Part shown: positions 12,697-24,260 of the stretch, piece after piece
Layout: every line of letters starts with the position of its first letter
Position numbering within the stretch: position 1 is the stretch's first letter
From: Marsupella aquatica
Lineage: Eukaryota; Plantae; Marchantiophyta
Direction: 5' to 3'
Length of the DNA: 64,000 bases
Assembly (NCBI GenBank): GCA_973895155.1
Contig: OZ316891.1
Span: forward strand, 5,427,708 to 5,491,707
Made by a program: the position numbers and the translations under genes
The notes under the pieces: generated by a model
Database searches by the model: none
The model's input: only the letters and a program-made list of their open reading frames with translations
What the model was told of the DNA's origin: nothing

Positions 12697-13398
12697 ATAA
12701 TTTCTCTTCAAATTGATAAAACTAACGAGATTGCAGTAGACACATGCCTCAGTCGAAGCCTGGATCAGAATGAGGTTTTGACAACAATCGAAGATTTCCA
12801 TATTACTCGTAAAGTAATGAGATGTCTCTGCCCACGAGAATGGTTGAAGTCTGATGTTATTAACTCTTATATGATTTTATTGAAGGAGAGAGAAACATTG
12901 ATGTTGTGCAAATCATTTAGATGTCACTTTTTCAATACCTGGTTCTATACAAAACTTGCTGGGGTAGGTTATTCTTACAACTCCAAAATCTCCCGATGGT
13001 CAACCAAATTGGGATACAGTATATTTGACTGTGACAAATTACTTGTTCCAATTCATTGTGGGTTTCATTGGACTCTCGCTGTAATTGACCTCAAGAGTAA
13101 AACTTTAACCTATCTTGATTCCTACCCTAATGAAGACCCCAAAGTGCTCCTAAACTTATCACGATACATTGCAGATGAGGCTGATGCCCAACAATTAGAA
13201 CCAGTCAATGCTTGCAATTGGATACATTTGTATCCAAAAGATATTCCCAAACAGAATGATTCTCACAATTGTGGGATGTTTTTGATAATGTTCGCAGATT
13301 GTGAAAGTTTAGGAAAACCATTTAGGTTGAACTGGAGTGATAGACCCGAAAATAGACGAAAAGTGGTTCTCCAACTGTTGGAGAAAAAGATTATGTAG
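12697..13398 (+). CDS. Ulp1/SENP-type SUMO protease (peptidase C48) domain exon
   Basis: WLKSDVINSYM, FFNTWFYTKL, LLVPIHCGFHWTLAVID, YLDS and PKQNDSHNCGMF give an intact His-Asp-Cys triad plus oxyanion Gln. Phase-0 acceptor TTGCAG at 12696. Confidence 0.92.
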   Translation: MISLQIDKTNEIAVDTCLSRSLDQNEVLTTIEDFHITRKVMRCLCPREWLKSDVINSYMILLKERETLMLCKSFRCHFFNTWFYTKLAGVGYSYNSKISRWSTKLGYSIFDCDKLLVPIHCGFHWTLAVIDLKSKTLTYLDSYPNEDPKVLLNLSRYIADEADAQQLEPVNACNWIHLYPKDIPKQNDSHNCGMFLIMFADCESLGKPFRLNWSDRPENRRKVVLQLLEKKIM

Positions 13399-13614
13399 TT
13401 TCATTCTTAGTATAGAAAGAATGAAAGATATAATTGAGATTATCTAGCTGGACAATTGTTTAAACATACTCCTTGTATATTCAAAAAATATAAATATATA
13501 ACTCAAAAAGCCTTGTTTTAAATTCTTATCAATTGTTAAGTATTATTTTGATTTCAGTTTATCAAATTGCATATATCAGTGTTTATTGATTTATTTTTTA
13601 TTTGCAATCAACAG

Positions 13615-14319
13615 GTGGTGAATTTGTCAAAGGCGAAGAGATTGCTTGTTATTGACATGGATGGCTTTCTTCTTTACTATTCAAAATCATTTCATACTGT
13701 GAACAGCTCGAAGGGATTCAACATTGGAAATAAAACAATACTCCTCAGGCCATACTTGCATGAGTTTATGAAATTTTGTTTCAAGTTTTTTGACGTGGGA
13801 GTTTGGTCGTGCTTGCCAGTAAGGGACCTTGTGCAACACTTGGGTCTCTTGCTCAACAAAGAAGAAAGAGTTTCTCTCAAATTTTTCTTTGGCAAAGAGA
13901 AATTGCAGTTGATTGGTCGAGATCAAGACACTAATGACCTTTATGCCAAAATCATAAACTATGTATTTATCCGAATGCCACACAAGATAAGGGAAAACAT
14001 TACTCTTTTGGAGGATTCACTCCTTAAGACCATATGCAATCCCTTTTTCTCATCTTTATACCCACCTACATATATGGGCAATGAAGAAGACACTTTCTTG
14101 AAAGATAGACTTATTCCTTTCCTTTCAAAACTCTACAAGTCGAATTCTTCCTCATATGAATATATAGAGAGTAACTACCCAGAATGGTCGCAAGAATCAG
14201 TGGCTTTAGACTGGCAAAAAAATAGGGACGTGTGGAAATGTAGATGGATTAAAGAGAAAGGTGACATAGAACATATGAAAAGGTTTAGCGAATATGAATT
14301 CAAGTTTGGTGGAATCTAA
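13615..14319 (+). CDS. FCP1/NIF-like HAD phosphatase domain exon
   Basis: KRLLVIDMDGFLL, LLRPYLHEFMKFCFKFFDVGVWS and ITLLEDS motifs. Phase-0 acceptor CAACAG at 13614; no suitable start codon of its own before the domain. Confidence 0.8.
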   Translation: MVNLSKAKRLLVIDMDGFLLYYSKSFHTVNSSKGFNIGNKTILLRPYLHEFMKFCFKFFDVGVWSCLPVRDLVQHLGLLLNKEERVSLKFFFGKEKLQLIGRDQDTNDLYAKIINYVFIRMPHKIRENITLLEDSLLKTICNPFFSSLYPPTYMGNEEDTFLKDRLIPFLSKLYKSNSSSYEYIESNYPEWSQESVALDWQKNRDVWKCRWIKEKGDIEHMKRFSEYEFKFGGI

Positions 14320-15959
14320 TATTTAGTTAGATTCTATGGCTCAGCATGCTAGTTTAATAGATGTAGACTTTGAGAGATGAGAACTAAGGGTAGTATAAAT
14401 AATATTTTAGTCTCATATTATTTTGAGTGAATAATTATACAAGATTATTCTTACTTACATTATAATAATTGGTTGTTTTTTTATTCAGTTTTATGATGAA
14501 TAAAAATATATTGATTTTCTTCATAGGTTTTATCATTATTGTGTTCCACATTTCAAGTTTGAATGTCTCTCCTTTGGTTTCGGAGTCCCAAAAGTGAGAG
14601 TTCAATTTACTATTGAACTTAATTGGTAACTTTTGTGATAATTAGAAACTTTAGGCAACTTATTGCTAATGTCATGTATTTTTTGTAATATATTAATAAT
14701 ATTAATTAATTAATAAATATCAACAATTTACATTTGGGAATTTCTGGAAATGAAAAGTCACACTATTACTCAAATAGGTGTTGTGTGGATAAAAGTCTAG
14801 AAATGAGTAAAATATATGATCTAGAACCTAATGTGTAAATCTTAATCTAGGTTTGGCTTAAAGGTATTGAATTAGATGCAGTTGAGCTACTACTTCTAAG
14901 ATAAATAAATAAAATCACTAACCTGCTCCGCAATATATCTCTACCCACCCTTGTACAAGCTAAATGGGTACCTAGGATGCCAGCATTGTAACTCTTAGCA
15001 CCACAGTGCTCACCAGTGCCCTTACTAAACCTTGCATTCAACCATGCGGACCTAAACAAGGCACTCGGACAGAGGAGAGTCAGTGACCGTACCAATCACT
15101 GTCTAAATGACAATGAACCCAAAAATGGATTGTGGGAGGTCTATACTCAGTTTGAGAGGCAAAAAGCCCACACATTACCCAGCACACGAGTGGACACCAG
15201 ATCGGGCACAGGTGGATCAGGCACACACCCAGCACACAAGTAGACATCGGATAGGGTGTCAGCCAATCACTCACGAGTGATAGGTGAGTTGCGAGCGCAC
15301 ACTGCTGAAAGCTTGGAAGTTTAAAATTGGTAGGTGAGTTGCGAGTGGTCGTGAGTGGTCACACCATCACAGATGACTCATGAGCACATGCAACGAGGAG
15401 GATCTCCATCATTGGCGCGCATTGATGCTTCCGTATCCTCTCTGATCCTTGCCTCCTTAGACTCCTTGCTCGTAGGGGGTATAGGAAGGCAGGCCTTGCG
15501 CTTGAGGCCTCATTTCCTTGCCTCCCTCTTGCCTCCTCTCTTTCCTCCTCTTTGGGCTCCTCTCTCGTCTCCTCACTCCTTGCCTCCCTCTTGCCTCGCT
15601 CTTGGGCTTTTGTTTCCGCCTCGCTCTAAGGCTTTTATTTCCACCTTGCTCCCTTCCCTTTTGGGTCGCTCCGTCGATCATTGTTTGCCTGTTAGTGCCC
15701 TCTTGCAGCCTGTGGCATTATCCATTGCTGCCACGTGTCATCTTAAATCTCACTCGCCCCTTACAATGTCTACTTCCTCCAGTTCTGAAGCTTCCACCAC
15801 CTCCGCCAGTTCTAAAGAGTCATTGAACTTCAATTATAACTCTCTGTATGAATATGACCCTGAAGACCCGGATGTCCAAAAATTGGTTAACAATGTGTTG
15901 GAGGCGTCAAAGAAAGCCCAGTTAACTTTTCCACGTAAGGCACCACCTGCTTCAACTTC

Positions 15960-16635
15960 TTGCCTCGCCCTAAGGGCGAGGCAACTTTACTTTAATTTGG
16001 ATTTCAAACTTCTTATTAGGAAAATTTCTATATTCCTTTGCAGTCGCCTCGCCCCAAGGTCGAGGCGACGTCTACTTTATTCTAGATTTTTTGTTGCTCC
16101 AAAGGCGTATTAGACCTTGTATCTTACTTTAATAAAGGATCTTTAGCTATATTCTATTTTTTGCCTCGCTCTTGGGGCGAGGCGATGTCATCTGCATTCC
16201 TAAAATGTAGTTTGCATTCCTAGAAGTTGCCTCACCCTTGGGGCGAGGCGATGTTATCTGCATTCCTAAATGTTGTCTGCATTCCCAGAAGTTGCCTCTC
16301 CCTTGGGGCGAGGTGATGTCCTCTACATTCCTAAATGTTGTCTGCTTTCCCAGAAGTTGCCTCGCCCTTGGGGCGAGGCGATGTCCTCTGCATGCATTCC
16401 TAAATGTTGTCTACTTTCCCAGAAGTTGCCTCGCCCTTGGGGCGAGGCGATGTTGTCTGCATTCCTAAATGTTGTTTGCTTTCCCAGAAGTTGCCTCGCC
16501 CTTGGGGCGAGGCGATGTCTTCTGCATTCCTAAATAATGTTTGATTGCTTGGATGAGGTGGCAGGGCTAATTGCACTAGGAGCAAAGAAGCTTTTGCAAT
16601 CTTCTATTTGTCGCCTCGCCCCAAGGGCGAGGCAC
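15960..16635. repeat. Intronic tandem array (~65-bp period) carrying palindrome TTGCCTCGCCC-N3-GGGCGAGGCAA
   Basis: Copies at about 15960 (perfect), 16043, 16161, 16227, 16292, 16357, 16426, 16491 and 16610, all inside intron 15935-16706. Confidence 0.93.
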
Positions 16636-18299
16636 CTTGAAAGTTTTCCACATGTCAATGTTAAAAATATGATGTTGACCATTTTGTTTTCAATGTTTCT
16701 TACCAGGAAAAAATCTTGAGAAGCCGGAGTTAAATATTATGGACGAGGAAATTAAGGACTTGTTTTCCCTGACCATGATACTCCAGGATTTAGATGGGCA
16801 CTAGAAGTTGGGGTGTCGGCGGAAGGCAGTCTCTTGATTTGTTTCAAGGGCCTCACAAGTCAATTGAATGACCGCAAGACAATTGTTACTCTAGGTCCAG
16901 TCGTCCTTGTGAACACAGACAACAACCACAATCCAACGATTATTGTTGAGTCCAATGAGAAATCTCAGTGGATGAGACTTCTGGTGCCAATAAAACTCTA
17001 CTCGACTTTACTGAATGTTGAGTGGATGGCTCGATTGGAGATAAGCGTAGCTGATATGGGATTCTTCCCAGATGGAGTAACAATTGATCAGATGTTTGAG
17101 AAGACGCGTTCTCAAATAAGTGGAGTTGACCTAGTGTTTGGATTTCTCTACGTAAAGAAGCACATGCATAACAATGCGGACAATGTGGACCCTTCGTCTA
17201 CTTGGATAGTTCAAAGGATGATTGAGAAGGCACATTTTTCATACGAGCAAGCAATCGACAAGAGTTTCATTTTTTGTCTAGAGTTTCAAGAGGCCGCGTG
17301 CCGGATGTGGATTTCAGAGATGAAGAAAAAAGAAGCAAAGCATAAGGCAAAGGAGAGAAAGAAGACAGTGGAAAGAAGCGCGCAATCAAAGACAGAGAAG
17401 AAATGAAAGCTTCGAGAGCCGGTTGTTCAACAAGAGAAACAATCTGGGAGTTCACGCCGTAAGAAGATGGCTAAAAAAATGAAGATGATGAGGGCCCCCA
17501 AAAAAAGCAGACAAAGAAGGCAAAGGTTGCGAAATCAAAACCAATGTCATCGTCGACTTCAAACTTTGTCTTGCATCCAGAGGATGATATGTGTCCGACA
17601 GAAGGACCCAAAGAAGATGATGTGCTCAAAGGCCAAGAGGTTTTGCGTAATATTGAGCAGTATTATACTTGTGGCATCCGCGAAGTTTTTGATATTCCTA
17701 TAAAAAGTATTATTCCGCCATCGGCCGTTTTTGTATATCGAATGTTCAATCTTTCGCATGCAATGGAGATATCAAAGTCTATGATGAAAAACCCTGGACA
17801 AGAACCACAAGTTGCTGATTTGATTCCGTATCGCGAGAGCACTAAACAGTTGCTTCATTATGACAACACACCTCAGGATAGGAAAGAGTTTTTGATTGGT
17901 GTGAAAAAGCATGAGATCCAATTCCTTGCCATCAGTGGCCAGCATTCTGCAAGAGCTGCCCAATGGATCCAAGGGTGGGCCAAGACTGACGCCAAGCTGA
18001 CAGATCTTGCCAACAAACTAAAGTATAGGAAAGCAAGGATCCTATCTGACCTCACTCCAAAGACAATTTTGCTTGAGCATTCAAGTTTATCGAATGCTGT
18101 CAATGATACTATGCAATTTAAGTCTTGTTTTTTAGAGACTATTGTTCATGCACGAAGGCAGTTTGAGGAGTGCGGGAAACCGTCGCGTCCAGGGATTGGG
18201 ACCAATCAAAATACAGATAGGAAAAACTATCAGGTACATGTTGGAGCAACGCAAACTATTCTTGATCCGCTTTGTTTAAAGATTGTCAGTGGTAGAGGT

Positions 18300-18484
18300 T
18301 TGCCTTGCCCCAAGGGCGAGGCTGCCTTGTCTTGTTTTCCTTGGTTAGAAGATTAAAGCAAATTTTTGCCTCGCCCTGAGGGCGAGGCAACCTAGACTAG
18401 TCTCTCTAAGAATAATTCCCTAGTTCCGTTTCAGTCAATTGCGGTTAGATGTAGAGGTTCACCACGCCCTTGGGGCAAGGCGGC
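18300..18484. repeat. Three further GCCTCGCCC-N3-GGGCGAGGC palindromes in intron 18234-18545
   Basis: Copies at 18300, 18366 (perfect 11-bp arms) and ~18460 (degenerate). Confidence 0.85.
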
Positions 18485-21172
18485 TTAGCCTGTTTCAAAC
18501 ATAGGTTGTACCCTGAAACTAATGTCAAGTCCATTGGATATGCAGGATTGGTTTGCCCTGGCAAAGGTTACAATGGGGAAGTCAAGCCTAAAGAGCATTT
18601 ATTGGTTACTTTTTGCCAAAGATGAGCTCTTTGAATTATGGCAGAACGTGTGTGCAAAATGGTTGAGTGGGAAGCTCCAAGACGGGGCTGGTGGGTATGG
18701 AGGGCCAAGACCCCCAAAATTGATCATTCCCGGTACCTTTCGATGCTTTGAAGGAGAGATTAGTAGCAAACAGTTAATTGAGATCTTGAAGGACGTTGAA
18801 GAGGAGTCAGCATGCCTTGCTGAAGAAGGATATCACCAACAAATCAGAGCTTGTCGCAATGGGAGACTTGGCCCTTACAATCAAGATAATGTCCAAATTG
18901 AGAACAGTCATTATTGGCTATTTTGTGGAAAAGTATCGTGAGAAGTTTCCTGTTGGCACATCTTGGGAGTCTCTGGTGATATTGTTGCCTTCCTTGAAAT
19001 CTGAGCTTGAGATGACAAAATTGAGGAGAGCAGCGGGTGAGGTTTACCTCAACAATTCATTGAAGAAGAATGTGGTCAAGGAGAGTTTCCCACAAAGTCT
19101 GATGGTCAGACTAGATGGGTTGTATTGTAAAGAATTTGGTGGGATTGGTCGTTCTCGCACGGAGCCTTTCTTGACATTTTTTAGTGATAATTTGATGAAG
19201 ACGACTGTCCCGGAGCTGCTACAAGAGCCTTCACCTTTGTGTCCTCTTGCCATTGTTGACTTCAGTAGGCTCCGACAACATGTTTGAACCGATGCTATAA
19301 TTATTGCATTACTGCAATACATTGTGGATCTTCCAAGAAATCCAACAATTGTTGTTGTCATGACTGTGCATTCGCTGCAAACATTTTGAGTGCCCTTAGG
19401 AAATTGCAACATGAAAAGGGAATGGACATCCACGTTGACTATGGGAGCTATCGACGGAGTGATACACCAGTTCCAGAGGGCTTACTTTTCAATTGTGGTA
19501 TGGAGGAGATAATCTTTGCAAGAATCACCACTAAGGAGAAATTTGATTGGAAGCAAGTGTTCAGGCCTGGATTTAATTGCCAATTTTCTTACAATTCGGC
19601 GATCGACCCTGATTTCCAAGTGGAAGACAAGACGGAGAAGCAAGATAAGAATAAGAGTAAGACAAGTAAGGAGACAGAGACTGAGTCAACTTCGGCATTT
19701 CACATTGGAGATTTCTTACGAAAGGCTCCCATGTTTGAGATGGTGGGAAGTAGAGGTGGCTTTGTGAATATTCACGCTAAGCCAAAATGTATGCTGCAGA
19801 GTATTATTGAATTTTTTTTGGCTGAAGGGGAGACTATACTTGACTTTTTCTCGGGAGGACAGGTTATGAAGGTGTCATTGTTGTGTTTCAGAGAATGCTT
19901 TGCGTATTCAGACACTGAGGATGAATATGATTTCACTAGGCATATGGAAGGGTTCTCTGCGAGAAAGTTCCTTCCATAATGAGTGACTGGATGGGCGGTT
20001 CCAAATTTGGTAGAGCCCGCGATGGGGTTTCCGAGCATGTTGGCGCCAAAGAAGGCGTAGACCAGGGCGAAGATGAGATTGAGGAAGGAGAAATGGGTCA
20101 CGACACAGACGATAGGGTCACCCAAAATTTGGATGAATGTGGAACACAAGTGGTAGGTATTCCTTACTTTGGTGTGGGGTTGGCCGATGTTGTGGGTCGA
20201 CCTGAGAGCGACCCACCAAGAAATCCCTTTGCCGGTGTAGAGAATTGGATGCACCAGTCGGACCCAGATCTTACATCGTCCACATCGGATGCACATTGGA
20301 AGGCAACCGCAGATGATTTAGGCAATATTGACGCAGTAGAATTGGGAGAAATGTTAGACATTGCGCTTGCAAAGGAGGATGATCATCAAGTACCTGAGAC
20401 CGCTGCAAATGAAGAAGAGAAGGCAGGTGCTTCAAATCCTCCCCTGTCTCCTCTATATTGCTCATCAGAGACTAAATTGGTTTTTACAAGTGCTTCTACA
20501 AGAAGCCCCGTAGTATTATCATTTTCACAAAATTCTGGATCCGAGATCGGCAAGACTGGATATATGAAAACAGTCCGTCCTGCAACTCATTTTATATGGA
20601 GAAATGGACCAAAGGTTGGAATGATAGAATCACTAGACGATGCTCCAAAGATAATGGCAAAATCAGATTACAAAAAACTGAACTTGAGGCTGAGCCCAAT
20701 TTTTGCACCCCCATCCTTTGAAGAGCAACTTCCCAGTGGTATCAATTCCGAGATACATAGTGTTCTAGGTGATCAAACAATAGATGAATTTGGGCATTTT
20801 AGCATTGGAAATTATTAGCCCTTTCTTTGGTTCTTGGTATTTTAATGACAATCTAAGCTTTATCTTTGTAATAATATACTTTTTTACAGACCAAAGTTTC
20901 TTCGTAGAATCTCCTTCCTCAAAGGATTTCGTTGGCATTCCCTCGGAAAGCGTTGCTGTGGAGGAAGGGTTTGACCCAGGTATACTTTGGATCTAAAAAA
21001 TGGCAAGTGAATGTAATTAATGTTTTTCTAAGAGGGTCGCCCCAGGGTCGTTCCTCTCTACTTCAAATGCTATAACAAAGTTTGTTTGATTTCAAATTTT
21101 GAGAGTTTTCCTCCGTAGTAATTGTTTAAACTTTGAGTCGCATTGACTAAGGGCTTATTTTAATGTTTCCAG

Positions 21173-22212
21173 AATTCACTCCAATACTACACTCTCCGAT
21201 CCAGCAAAAGCTCTTGGTTCTTGACCTTAACAAGATTTGTTGGGATTGCATTAAGACCAGAAGCTCAGGACCATGGCGAAATCAGACAAGTTTATGTGGT
21301 GTGCACTGGGGGAGACGTGGAGGGTTTAATTTCATGTATGTGGAGCGCCCATACCTCCACAAATTTCTATATGCAGCTTTCATGGTTTTTGACGTCGCAA
21401 TTTGGACTTGTGCAAGGAGGCCAAAACCAATGGACTTAATGGAGTTGATTTTCACTGAGGAGGAGCGTCAGAAGTTCAAGTTTGTCTTTACTCAAGAAGA
21501 TACCTTTGATAGTTGCGTCCAAAGGCCAGATATAACAGATGGGAAGGCCAATTTACTTCTGAAGAATTTGCAAACCATTTGGGACCGTTTTCCAGAAAAA
21601 TATGATGCTTCTAATACAGTTCTTATTGATGATTCTCCATTGAAGGCATTTTTGAATTATGATGTGAATGGATTGTTTCCAAATCCATTTACTCACACAA
21701 CTTCAAATGACACTTTTTTGCCCGAGATATTATGGCCGTATCTTTGCAAATTGAGAAAGGCTTACTGCGTTCAACATTATATCATTGTCAACAATCCAAA
21801 GTGGTCTGTTTTCAATTTATTAACAAGCAAGGAGGATCATGTTGCCATCTATGCTCGTTTGGAACAGAAGTGGGGAGATTGTCGTTGTATCCATAAGGAG
21901 TTTGGAACCATCTTGGATGTGACTCCTGAAGAGATTCCTTGGGATGGAAAGAACGAGGTGCAGCATTACCCACCACTGGAGACGTGGACCACAGATGAGA
22001 TCGAAGAAACTGCAAACGCAATACTTGGAGACAACTATTCTGGTCTTCATAGACAAAATAGAAGACATTTTATTTGGAAAGTTCTCAAAACTAGGGATCT
22101 CACCAATAAGTTTAAGAACCACCATGCGAGAGATACTTGCAACCGTGACATCCGCTATGATAAATCAGGAAGCAGACTTTCTTGTTCAAATGAGTTTTGT
22201 CTTGATCATTAG
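21173..22212 (+). CDS. FCP1/NIF-like HAD phosphatase domain (terminal exon of gene B)
   Basis: KLLVLDLNK, VERPYLHKFLYAAFMVFDVAIWT, LLKNLQTIW and NTVLIDDSPLKA motifs; phase-1 acceptor TTTCCAG at 21172. Confidence 0.85.
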
Positions 22213-23016
22213 GAGATAGGGTTGCTCTAGTGCCTACCCTGAATTGTACATTCATATTATGTCAAAGGATATATTTTGAACATGTAGGATAAAGTAAATA
22301 ATTAGGATATGCTTAGTGTGAGGCTCTCTCACTGGACTGGACAATTTAATAATTATATAGTGGGTCAATCTCATTTTGACCTTTGATTTATGACCATATA
22401 TATTTTTTAATTTATAGATGGTCTGAGTGGTATTGGTCTCTGATTTTTGGACTAAATCAAATTTACTCTAATTTTTAAATTAATTAGAATATATGATTTA
22501 AGTTATTATTAAACATTTGGGTGAAAAAAACAAAATTTTGGGCGTTCAAAAGTGTATATTTGGGCTGAAAAAAATTAGCTTTTGGGAATGCTTTAATAGA
22601 AATTTGGCCTGAAAAAAAATAACTTTAGGGTTCATCTTATGGACTTTTAAAAGTACAGTTTTAATGAATATAGTGATCGAAGTGAGAGATGCAATCCTAG
22701 CCATTCATATGTGGGAACTGGTCACACTTTACATGAACTTTGGGCACAATCCAGCAAAGGCATTTATTACCAACCTAGTCATCTGTCACTGGGTCCCTTG
22801 TGGGTCAACTTTTTTGCTGATGTGTGCAAGCTTTTTTGCCAAAAACTTCTTCTCTTGAGGGGGTGTAAACACTTGGAGCAAATTGTGGATTCTTTTCAGG
22901 GAATTGCATCCATTCATTCTAGACCTGACACAATGCATTATTACTTCTAGCCATGACCCATTTGTGCTTAGGCATTTTAATTTTTGTGTAAGGAAATGAC
23001 CATCAGCTTTCCTTTG

Positions 23017-23502
23017 GATGGAGACTGAGACACTCAACGGCCCCACCTTTAGTGTAAAGCCCCCCTTATATACCGAGATGGAGAGACACTCAACGGCCCC
23101 ACCGTAGTGTAAAGCCCCCCTTATATACCGGGAGTAGTGGTTTAATAACTTGCATACGTCGTCCAATAAAGCCAATGCCCAGTGTGAAGTCCGTAGGGAT
23201 TCGCACACCAAGTTCTCCCTTGCCTCTGATGGCAATCGCCTCCATCTTGGGGTTGTAGAGCTCGAAGGTCTGTGTATGTTTGTTGAGATCCGCCTTTCTA
23301 TCTGGGGGCTCAAAGCTAGGTCTGCGTTTGTGGAGATATTCTTTGCATTATTTTATGTCGAGCATCCTTCCGATTCGCACTCCAAGTTCTCCCTTGCCTC
23401 TGATCGCAATCGCCTCCATCTTGGGGTTGTAGAGCTCGAAGGTCTGTACGTTTGTTTAGATCCGCCTTTCTATCTAGGGTCTCAAAGCTAGGTCTGCGTT
23501 TG
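23017..23502. repeat. Local tandem duplications (~55-bp pair at 23017-23130; ~130-bp pair at 23198-23330 and 23372-23502)
   Basis: GAGACACTCAACGGCCCCACC...TAGTGTAAAGCCCCCCTTATATACCG twice; GATTCGCAC...CAAAGCTAGGTCTGCGTTTG twice. Confidence 0.85.
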
Positions 23503-24260
23503 ATATACGCATTAGCTTATCTCGAGCATTTTTCCGATCCTCGAAACACGTCGATCCTGGCATTCAACAGTGCCAGGTATATACTGTAGAATCCCGCCGC
23601 CGCCTGTTCTTCTATGTTTCTGATTTGGCAATATAGCCTTTCGGCCACAACAGTTCTACTGTAAGTTTTTTCTGTAAGAGTAGCAGTGTCTGTTGACTTT
23701 GTTTACTCTATTTTTCGTTTCTGAGCTTTTCGGCCGCAATAGTTCGACTGTTTTGCCTGTAAGACCAGTGTATGTCTATTTTATTTACTTCAATTTTCCA
23801 TTTCTGAGTTTTTCGGCCACAACTCTTCTATTGCTTTAATTGTCTGTAATAGCAGTGTCTGTTGTTTACTCCACTTTTCCGTTTCTGATTGAAACTAACT
23901 TGACCTTCGCCGGCCATCCACGTTGTTGGACTTGTTCCCTCCCCGAAAGACAAATACGATTAAAATTTGTGTAGTCTTGCATGCATGCTGGATTTCTCAT
24001 TCTGCCGGGCCCTTCACTCTCCATTCTTCCCTGACTTTTCCTTTGGTTTCAATTGAAATGGTTTATTTCTTTGTTTAATTTGGACTGTACTTTTTCCCTT
24101 TGTTTTCAATTCGATTGTGTTTGTTCCTTATCTTTACGTTGCTGTTCTTCTGTGCTATACTTCTATGTCGTTCATTCGTTCATGTATTCATCCTTGTCCT
24201 TAATTTGCTTGTTGAATCGTTTTGTTAATTTATGTCCACTTGGTCGTGTGTTACATGCAG

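Larger units (their letters stand above)
15766..22212 (+). pseudogene. Gene B: ParB/Srx-like + beta-class amino-MTase-like + acidic linker + FCP1-like phosphatase (disrupted, multi-exon)
   Basis: Predicted exons 15766-15934, 16707-18233, 18546-20768, 20890-20979 and 21173-22212, with compatible phases. Lesions near 16765, 17404, 17475, 18800, 19284 and 19979. Motifs YRMFNLSHAMEISKSM and QFLAISGQHSARAA (ParB/DGQHR-like); HAKPKCMLQSIIEFFLAEGETILDFFSGG (MTase motif X/I). Confidence 0.65.

Noticed and set aside
16161-16515. CRISPR-like array (palindromic repeat plus spacer); same appearance at 4158-4623 and 9601-10020
   Set aside because: The spacers are themselves repeated rather than unique, no cas genes are present, and the context is eukaryotic and intronic
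5554-22212. Bacterial contamination explaining the ParB/MTase motifs
   Set aside because: The genes have phase-consistent spliceosomal introns, are fused to eukaryotic Ulp1/FCP1 domains and are contiguous with plant genes
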